DNA from: Camelus ferus
Lineage: Eukaryota
Length of the DNA: 64,000 bases
Direction: 5' to 3'
Assembly (NCBI RefSeq): GCF_009834535.1
Contig: NC_045707.1
Coordinates: 58,654,001 to 58,718,000, forward strand
This document shows positions 38,691-48,726 of the stretch, piece after piece (within the stretch, counting starts at the first letter, position 1; each line of letters starts with the position of its first letter). The notes under the pieces were generated by a model, which saw only the letters and a program-made list of their open reading frames with translations, was not told the origin of the DNA and did no database searches. The translations under genes were made by a program, and so were the position numbers.

Positions 38691-40789
38691 GACAGCTAGG
38701 TGTTTCATCTTGAGACCTAGTTAAACACGGCTCTGTTTACTTACATGGGGAAAGGTTCTTTGGCTAAGCTCTGCATCAGACTTCAGAGACAGACACTTGC
38801 TGGGAAGAAAGAGCTAAATGGCTGCCAGAGCCAGACAGAAAAGTCTGCTTGGACCAGCACACAGAGAAGTTCTAGTGGGTATAAGGAGAGAAATTCAAGA
38901 GATGTAACATAGGTGGAGAGTGAGTCTGTAGACCAAAAAGAGAAATTCATTATGAAATTCAGAAGCCTTGGTGATTTTGGCCAGGGAGCACAAGATTGGG
39001 TGAACTGAGAGGGAGGAAGTCATGTTATCTCTTTTACAAGAGTATGACTAGAAATGTTTCAGTTACAGTTCTAGATCCCACAAATATAGGGCTCTTGTAG
39101 TGCTTGGTTCTGGAAGTACATACCAATTTGTATAGGGTGAGTGCCTCTAATTAGTGATCCCTGAGATCTTTATAACATTTCTGATTTGAGGGTTTAGAGT
39201 AAGGTATATAGTAGTTTTGGTCTTACTCTCACTGGGCAAAGCCAGAAATAAGAAGCAATATCCAACCAGTTCCATTCCTGGCCACAAGGGGGGAGCTGAG
39301 CTTATGCCCCAGTGTCCTGGCCATGCCCAGTTCAATAGGGACAGACCCCTGGAAGCACGTGCATGAACTGAGTTTGAGAGCACACTCAGAGCGGAACCCA
39401 CGTGCTGGGGACTCAGAGGAAGTTCGGTCTTTTGGGCAAACCACGGCCTATGTCAGGAAGAATGGCAATGGCAGGACACACATTCAAGTCAAAGGTCAAG
39501 AATAGGAGTCTGAGAAGTGAATTTGGGATGTCTCGGCTCATGAGTCAGCAGAACTCATGGATGAAGAATGACTAATGGTCTGACCTTTGATTCTGAAAAT
39601 TGTTTATCACCAGGTAAAGTGATTGCAACAGCCAGGCCAGAGGTCATAGAACAGGTGGGTTTTAGAAGCATGAATAACAAGAGAAGGGTTGAGTTTCAGG
39701 TTTCTGGGGGCTGTCATATTGGGAAGCTACCAAGTCAGAGAGCAAGGCACAAAGACAGAGGCAGAACCTGAACACAAATGCTGTACAAGTGTCCCGTGGA
39801 TCTAGGGCGACTTACATTCCTGATGCTGAAAATGGGGAGCAGTGCTGAATCCACACGTTGGGGCCACACAGACAGCACAGGGCAGGACACGGCATCAAGT
39901 GCTTTCCAAGACAGTGAATGAGGTGAACACATCTGGGCACGGGAGTCCCGAGACGGGGCGTTATTCTGAAGGTTAACCAACTGCTAGTAAGCCCCCAGGA
40001 TTTGATCAGAGGTTTCATTCAGTCAAAACACTCCCCGTGTCTTGGTCTCTGCTGCAAAATGCAAAATGTGCAGAACTGTAACATACTTATGGAATACAAA
40101 CACATTATTATTTATAGATGGAAGCTAATGACTGTAATGAAAGCGGAGCATTTTAGTTAAATAAGCAAATAATCAAAATTGACAACACAAGGGTAAATAA
40201 AGCCCAGATTAATTAAGTTGCTCATTATTTTTCCTTGTAGCAGACATCACTTTGTGTTGAGTCTCCCTCTCTCTCCGTATATATATATCTTACGCATAGA
40301 CACACACACACACACGCATTTGCAAAGAGGCAGTGATAAAGAAACAAAGACAGAGATGGACAGGCACACAACTAAATGTAGTATTCTGAGTATGCCAAAG
40401 AATTAATTAGGGCTCATAATACATTCTGAAAGGACAATGAACATTTTGCTCTGCCTCTTGCCCCCTCTGTTCCAACACACTGGGCTCTTGGATCCCTGGG
40501 AACCCTGCAATATTCCAGCCTCAGGAATTTTCACGTACTGTCTTCTTAGCCAGGAAAGCTCTCCCCCAGGCAGTGGTGGGATTCACACCCTCACTCCCTT
40601 CAGATCTCTGCTCAAATGTCTCCTTCTTGGAGACAAATGTCTCCTCTATCTGATATATATATATATAGGGCCAACCTTCTAGTCTTCCAGCATTTCTAAA
40701 TCTCCTAACCCTACTTTTTTTTTTTCCCCTTGGTATTTATCACTCATGGAATACTACTTTTTGTAGGTTTATTTTCTGTCTCCCTACTT

Positions 40790-41075
40790 TAGGATTGTCA
40801 GATTCAGCGACTAAAAAATCCAAGGCTCCCAGTTCAATTTGAATTGCAGATGAACATCAAAACACTTTTACTATAAAATGTGTCCTAAATATTGTATCAG
40901 ACTAAAACTAAAATATTATTACTTGTTATTACTTAACACTGAAAACTTACTCATTGTATAATTACTGAAGTGTGTCCTAAATATTGCATTGAACATACTT
41001 TTACTACAAATGTATTTGCTGTTGACCTGAAATTCAAATTTAAGAGAGCATGCTGTATTTTTCCGATGACACCTC
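40790..41075. mobile_element. MER33/MER3-like hAT-Charlie MITE
   Basis: Inverted arms 'ccagttcaatttgaattgcagatgaaca' and 'tgttgacctgaaattcaaatttaa', terminus 'taggattgtcagatt'. Confidence 0.8.
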
Positions 41076-41149
41076 TGCCCACCCCTCCCACCAAAAGAAT
41101 TTCAGCCATTTGAGGATGGGGAACTTACAACCCTGTATTTACTGCCTGT

Positions 41150-41559
41150 ATGTATTGTTGTGTGTTGAAGTCCTAACCCTGGTACCCGTGGATGTGACCT
41201 TATTTGGGAATGGGGGCTTTGCGGATGTCATTAAGATGAGGTTATACTGCAGGAAGGTGGGACCTAAATCCAATACGACTGGTGTCCTGCTAGGAAGAGG
41301 AAAAGAGACAGAGGGAAGATGGTCACATGAAGACAGGGGCAGAGGTGGGACTCATGCTGCACAAAGGAGAGCCCAGGGCTCCCGGGGCTGGAAGAGGCAA
41401 GGGGGGCTCCTTCCCTAGGGAGTCTGTGGGAGGCAGGGCCCAGCGGACTCCTTGATTTTGGATTTCCAGCCTTCAGAACAGTGAAAGAATAAATTTCTGT
41501 TGTTTTAAGCCATCCAAATTTTTGATACTTTGTTAAGGCAATCCTAGGAAAGAAATACA
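41150..41559 (+). mobile_element. MaLR solo LTR (MLT1B/C-like)
   Basis: 'gatgtgaccttatttgggaatggg...cctaaatccaatacgactggtgtcct...gaataaatttctgttgttttaagcca...aataca'. Confidence 0.9.
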
Positions 41560-44500
41560 GTAGGCATTTACTAAACATTCATGCTTTGGGATCCAGTTTT
41601 CCAGCCTAAGATATTTACTGTCCACAAGTGTAATTACTTCTTCCCTTGTACTCTCAGTGCAAATTTAGTAGAGTTTGTTTCTCTCTCTTTCTCTCTTAGA
41701 CTAAGCTTTTAAAGGGCAAGGTCCATTTCACTTACTATTTTTAACTTCAGGGGTCATAATAGTGTCTGGCCTAAAAGTTAGTGAATAACATGTGAATTAA
41801 TCAGGACATTATTTTTTAAATAGTATTGATTTACAATGATTTCTCTACATTTCAGCCCAATGATTACTGAAGAAGAGTGTTGCCTTTCAACACCAACGTG
41901 AAGTTGAACACAGACTGAATTTCTTCTATGTTTGTATTTTTCCAGTTAGAGTTCAGAGGTAGTATCTTTCAAAAGGGAGGGTCACGATTTCAAGTCACCT
42001 ACAGCCTTTCGTCTATACATCCTCACTTTCAAAAGGCAAAAACGCTCTTCCTAGATTCAGACTGTGCTCTGAGGGGAACCTAGGTTTGAGGTCTCTAAGA
42101 TAAGTTTATATTCACAAAGTTTAAAGAATTTTCTACCACTTGGAGGTGTGATCTATGTCAAATTTGGGCTAATTTAAACATTACCAAGCAGTTTCTAATC
42201 CAACTTTTTAGTTACATTTTCTGGAATAAAATCAAGCTTGGGGGAAGAAAAGGGGAGAGTAAAACTGAAAAAGCTGTTAGTGACGAAAATAGGAATTAAA
42301 ATAGAAGTGTAATCTCAAGTATAAGTATAGGCACCAGCATAGGTCTGCAGTAACGAGTGATGCCAAATTCCTAAAGTAAAATAAAAACTTTAAAAAGAAG
42401 TACAGCCCCAGTGATCGATGGGACTGAAAAACGTGAGCTGAAAACTCTCATTGACTTTCTTTGGCCTCGGGCCAATTACTTAGCCAAGAATTTCTTAACC
42501 ATAAATCGTCAGTAACGGCAAATTACCTCTCAGGGGTGTGGCTAGAATTTCTTGAAGCCTACAAAGCATTTTGAAGAGAAAAACCCTAAGACTAGACAAA
42601 TGACTATTTTTGCACTGATGTGTAGGTAGGTCCCTCGGTCTGTCCCGGTCAGTTGGCGAGTCATTCATTCTATATACTGGTAAAGGACCGTTATATAAAA
42701 CAGTGGGAATTGGCGATAAACAAATTTCAAAAGACAGGCTTTAGTTAAAATGGAAGCATTATGATTTATGCCACCTTGAATAGCTTTGGAAAAATTTCTA
42801 AGAGGATGAAAATAGAAGGCATTTTTGAAAATTCTTACAACCCTTGAAAGCATTATGTTCAAGGTTATATTTGAGCCTCTCTTTTATTTATTGTTCTCAT
42901 TACTTATTGAATCCGTTGGGCAATGAGATATTTTATTCAGGTCTTTCTAGTTTTTCCATTTTGCATCTTAAGCAGCAGCACATGTATTTTTGGAAAAGAT
43001 AACAGTAAAAATTACCCTTTCACCCAAGCACTTTTCTCCAATTGAAATAGAAAGACTTGCACTATACTTATGTTTGCCAAGAGGATTGAGTTCCAGAAAG
43101 GAATTTTAATATTTGACTATATCCACATTTTGTATTTATCATGTGTTCACTGCTAGAAATATGTGTATATTTTTCTGTCAACGCCAAGTTACGTACACAT
43201 GGTATTTAGTAGTCATCATTCTATATAGCAGGAATTTTAACATTCCTTTTTATACTTCAATGTCAATTTTTAATTACTACAAAAGCTAATGCTATAATAT
43301 TCATAAACAAAATACTAAAAAAAAAACCCTCAGTCTTAACACTCAAACACAATTGTGGAAAAATAGGAATGTGCGTTAACAAGTATAGAAAATAATATAT
43401 GCTTCTTTTGCTTAAATGTAAAAGAAACTTCAACATTTCTTCATTTAAAAAAATTTTACATAAGAACTTAAGTCAGCATTATGGCTTTCCTTACATATGT
43501 AATGTATTTTGTAAACCAAAGAAAAATCGTAGGAGAAGCCGTGCTTAAAAGATGTTCTTGATTACCCTGTCTGCTTCTGGACCTAAGATTTTGGCACCTG
43601 CTGTGGTTTATAGGGTTGTGAAACCCTTAGCAGGTGCATTTCCTGTCTTCTTAGTTTCACATCACTCATTAGCTTATAGGTAAGTATCTGTTCTCTTTCT
43701 TCTGAGAAATACACTAATTCACTACATCAGTTTACCGACAAAACTGTCCTGATTAGCTGCCTTTCATTTACTGAACTCTGCAGCTTCAGTTTTACAATCC
43801 TCTCCAGCCTAACTATGCAGGGAGCTGTGGAGATGGTCCATGCTTACATATCCTCTCTGACATGAATAGGCACAGATAAGCTATATTGATCTCAGGTGTT
43901 TGTTACTATTGATGATAAGTTAAATTTTCTTATTTGATTTGCTAGATCCTAAAAAGATCCTAAAAGAAACATTAAAAAGACATAAGTAGGAACTTAAAAG
44001 AAATAGCCACATTTTTGCCCCTTGGCATTCTTCATGATCCATGAAAGAAAAGACTGGGGAAAATTAGTCTCCATGTAACTTAAAGGCTTTATATCAAAGA
44101 GAGTAACATTTAGGAACAGAACACAAGCACCAAAAGCTGTGGCTCCAAATGAGAAATTTTAGGTTAATCTGCAGACAGGAGTTCTATTATTGGATCTTAA
44201 TAAAATTGAGAACTAGTCTGTAGGGGATGACATAATATTGTCATTAAGATAATATCATATTGTCTTTAGTCTTAATGTATTTATTGTCTTATAATTATTA
44301 TAATCTTACTGTAATTATTATATTTACTATCTATTTGTAATTGGTAAGAAGTTGCATCATCTTATATAAATATTAGCATGTGAGGTAATTACCTATATTT
44401 TTCCATCTTTTATATTATCTCTTTCATATAGCTTTTTCGATGGAAAGCTCTTTATAAAACCCTACCTTACAGACAAACCAAATTGTATTTAGCATTTCTG

Positions 44501-44735
44501 CTTGATTTCTTGTGAATGTGGCACTAAAACATCAGTTGAAAAAAGCTATTTGTCAAATAAAATGTATAGTGTAGAGACATCGGACAGGGACAAAGATATT
44601 ATCACAACAGGCTTCGTGGAATTCATTAAAACATATGTAAACCAGGAACAAATGATGTATAAAAAGAACTCAGTGGTTTGGTTAAAATCAAATAATAATA
44701 ATAACGCGTGAAAGAACAAGAATTATCTCCGCTAA

Positions 44736-44819
44736 GAATCATTGGATCAAATAATTGGTCTTGTGTCAGATGCTCACGAATCATTGGATCAAATAATTGG
44801 TCTTGTGTCAGATGCTCAT
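44736..44819. repeat. Tandem duplication, 2 x 42 bp
   Basis: 'gaatcattggatcaaataattggtcttgtgtcagatgctca' at 44736-44776 and 44778-44818; only the last base of the unit differs. Confidence 0.97.
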
Positions 44820-45239
44820 GTAGGCTCCGAACGGTTGGTCAAATAAAACTTCCCTTAACAAACAGTGTACAATTCAAAGAGTTTGTGACTAGATACTTTT
44901 TTATCTGGTAACATACAGGGCTTGAAGTTCATTAGTGCTTGTGAAAATAAAATTTGAAATTTGGAGAATTAATTAAAAATACTCAGGAGTCCACACAAAA
45001 TACAGTAGCGCAGGACATGGTTTTACAAGCACAAGTCATGAGCAGGTATCTTTCCAAAAAAAAAAAAAATTTTTTTTTGAGGATATCTCCATGTGACTTG
45101 AAGACCTTGTCTGAGAAATCATGACTTAATAGCTGCAATTATATTCTATTAAGATGGTTTTTGAATGATCACTATCAAGTAGCTGTTTTATAGTCATATT
45201 TTATATATATATATACACACACACACACGTAAATTAAAA

Positions 45240-45415
45240 AAATTCTTATTGAAGTGTCATCGATTTACAATGTTAGTTTCAGGTGTACAGCAAAGTGATT
45301 CAGTTATACATATACATCCATACATATATATTTTTTCAGATTCTTTTCCATTACAGCTCATTACAAGAAATTAAATCTAGTTCCCTGTGCTATATACAGT
45401 AAGTCCTTCTTGTTT
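45240..45415 (-). mobile_element. 5'-truncated L1 3' end
   Basis: 'ttacaatgttagtttcaggtgtacagcaaagtgattcagttataca...gttccctgtgcta'. Confidence 0.88.
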
Positions 45416-45569
45416 ATATATATATAAATATATATACTTTAAAATTATTACTGAAATTAAAAATTAGAATTTTAGAAAATGGTTTTATGGTACTCATATC
45501 CTCAAGAAAACTTGTTTCTAAGGCTGCCAATGTAACAAAATATTGAAATAGCATTAAAAAAAAAGTTAG

Positions 45570-45780
45570 ACTTGAAATTACATAGGCTTGAATTCAGTTC
45601 TTAGATCTTGCCCTTATTAACTCTGAAAACCATTGACTCCCTGGACCTCAATCTGTAAAATGATACATTCCTTATAGCACTGTATTATTATTATATTATT
45701 ACACTAAAAGGAATAATTAATGTGGGTAAAACTCCTTAGTATAGAGGCTGATACAACATATGCATTCTTATCTTTTATTG
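45570..45780 (+). mobile_element. MIR SINE, degenerate
   Basis: 'ggcttgaattcagttc...ccctggacctcaatctgtaaaatg'. Confidence 0.55.
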
Positions 45781-45929
45781 TACCAATGTACTGATGATTG
45801 AAAATTCTTGGGATAGAGAAGATGGAAAATCAGTTGTCCAAATGTAATAAACACATTCAGACAGGGGGCCTTTTTTTTTTTCTTCCAACGAGGCATTTAT
45901 TTGTTGGGTGATGTTTATTAAAAAAAAAA

Positions 45930-46253
45930 AAAAGGACACTAATGAACTCAACTACAAAACAGAAACAGACTTGCAGACATAGTAAACAATCTTATGATTA
46001 CCAGGGAAAGGGAATTTGGAAAGGGATAAATGTGGGAGTTTGAGATTTGCAAATACTAACTACTATTTATAAAATAGATAAAAAAACAAATTTCTTTTGT
46101 ATAGCATGGGGAACTGTATTAAATATCTTGTAATAACCTTTAATGAAAGAGAATATGAAAATGAACATATGTATGCATATGCATGACTGGGACATTATAC
46201 TGTACACCAGAAATTGACACATTGTAACTGACTATACTTCAATTTTAAAAAAA
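45930..46253 (+). mobile_element. Younger camelid-type L1 3' UTR, 5'-truncated
   Basis: 'ctacaaaacagaaacagac...gggagtttgagatttgcaaatac...ctgtacaccagaaattgacacattgtaactgactatacttcaa' plus A tail. Confidence 0.9.
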
Positions 46254-48569
46254 GGGGAAAAAGGGAATAATAATGTAACCAGAAAATAATTGCAAAGCAC
46301 AACTAGCACTCAAGCTCTGGAGGAATTTATCTACTTCACGTATACGAACAGTTAATCCCTAGAGTAATTTTTTTCAACCTCCATCACCCAAGGATTATGC
46401 CCAATTATGATTAATTCTTTAATAATGAAATTGATACCCCTTTCAAACATTTAGACCAGACAGTAGATTACAGTACACTGTACAATATGCTTCTGAGTAA
46501 TTATGACCTAATTAATTATTTTACACAGCTTTAAAAAGTTTGATTTACTAATTGGACTCTCAGAAGTTGAAAGCAGGAAATAGAGCTGTCCAGCCCACCA
46601 GAGGCTTCATTCCATTTGGCACAAAACCAGAGTGAAAGTTGACTTAATTTGTGCTGTTCTGCATGGTTGGGTTTGACAAGTGTGTTTGGGTTTCATAAAA
46701 TAATGAAAGGTCATTTCTGACCTGGCTTTTTGCAACTACAGCCCAGATTAATAAGAACGAAACCCAAAGCCTGGCAGCAACCCCATGCATGATGTGAACT
46801 CCTGCCCTCCTCTTTCCGACTTGCCACGTGGGTGTGTCCTCACGGAAATAATAGCGTTGCCAAATGATGATACGCAACCCTGAAATTGGGAGGTGCATAA
46901 CACATCCTACTTCAGTTTGTACTTGGTGTGTGTGGTCTTCAACAAATAGATTCTCCGTGTCTCTGGTTATAGCCCAGGGCAACTGGATCCTAGGGGAGGA
47001 CTGTGCTAGCAAAAAGAATTGGGGAAGTTTAAGTGAGCCTTTAAAGTCCAGGACCTGGTGCCCATATCCTGACTTCTCCCCGCTGCCTTTCTACACCACT
47101 GAGCATGAAAGTACAGCTAGTATTTGATGTTTTACCTCGAAACCCCAACAAGTCTATATTACAAGGTCTCCTTACAAACTAACAGCCAGAGAGCATCATC
47201 CGTGGCCTTGCTTCTGCTCATATCTTGCTAGTTATTTGCTTCAAAGTTCATATAAAGCCTTTTGGAAAACTATGGTTTTTAAGATGATCTTAGCTTTATA
47301 GAACTTTTTCTCTAAGGGATTCCAAGTAAAGAAACTTAAAGGTTTAAAAAAAAAAAGGGGGGGATGACTCAGAACTGACTCTAAAAAATGCCTGGTTTAT
47401 CACTACAGTTTCCTACTACTTTTAATATTTAAATGGCGTTGAAGTGTCTATCTGCAAATTCCAGTTCTACAGTCCCACGACTCTAACTTCGGCTTCCTGG
47501 ATTAAGTAGAAAAATAAAGTCAACTGTAAGAATTCAATACACCTAAGAGCTGTACGTTTTGTATGAGGGACATCTGAATGGAAGGATCGGCATGAGCTGT
47601 GTGAATTTAATAACATAAAACTACCTTTAACCAACATCTGTCACATTATCCTTTTCTTACCATTTCAAAGAATTTTTAAAAGTGCTTTCTTTTAGAAAAG
47701 CATGTTTATTTTTATAAACTAGGGGGAATCTTACAATTTAACTAGCTGGTCTGAGCAGGAAGGTTTTTCCTGTGCACGAATACATGACCTAAAAGTACAC
47801 TCAACTGACTGTGTTGAGGAAATATGCAGGTGACACTTAAGGAGTATGTGTTTCTGGTCTATCTTTGAAAGTTTTAAGGTTTTATTCAGATTTCAGAGAC
47901 AGACTAGTAATAATTTCTTATTAGAAAGATGATCAAATTGGAAAAAGGTGTAAACTAGTAGGATTATACGTGAGAAATCAACCAAACCAGGAGCAGTTGG
48001 AAATCAATTATAGCAAAAAAGTAAAATTATGCCTCACCTTCTCTATTGCTTCTTCTTGAGCATCTTTTATGCACCAAGCATTGTATTAGGTATGTTATAA
48101 ACATTATTTCCTTTATTCCTAAACAGGCAAGTGTTAGTATTCCCACTGTATAAATCCAGTATTACAGTAAATATAATTCAGAATACTTAATGCAAAGAAA
48201 TGCAACATTGCTCATAGCTGCTGGGCACTGACTCTGCTCCCACTCTGGATGGTAACATGGCCAAGGTGTCACTGAGTTTGCTTTGAGAAGCAGAAGACAT
48301 AACTCTTACCCTTAATTTGAAGCATACAGACTATGAACTTAGGATTTTCAGGAAGGATACTGTATCCAAAAGTGCACTGCTGCAAAAATAGTTGAGCTTT
48401 ACACATCCGGTTGTGTGTCCAGTCATAGGCAGCTGTGAACCATCTCTGGGGCACTGGGGACCAAGGGGAGCTACTCTGAGATACGGTGCCGACCTATCGT
48501 GTGATCTCGTGTCTGAGAAAATGTTGGATCCTCAGCTAATTAAATTGGAAGCATAATTTTGTTGTGGCT

Positions 48570-48726
48570 GTATGTGAGTGATTACATGAGCAAGTGTGTA
48601 GTCTGTGCTTTTGCGTGTGTGGATGATATCTGTGTAGTGGGGTCTGTGTATGTACGCACATCTCGTATGTGAGTGTGGTCAGTACATCGCGTGTGGGTGA
48701 TGTGTGTGTGGCACGTGGGGGTGTGA
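48570..48726. repeat. TG-rich degenerate simple repeat
   Basis: Repeated gtgt/tgtg units. Confidence 0.7.

Larger units (their letters stand above)
40440..41585 (+). mobile_element. L2 3' end split by two nested insertions
   Basis: L2 motifs 'tcactcccttcagatctctgctcaaatgtc' (~40590), resuming at ~41085 ('ctcccaccaaaagaatt...gaggatgggga') and ~41560 ('gtaggcatttactaaacat'). Confidence 0.7.

Noticed and set aside
41050..41578. 122-aa and 104-aa ORFs
   Set aside because: Lie across the MLT1 LTR and L2; typical spurious repeat ORFs
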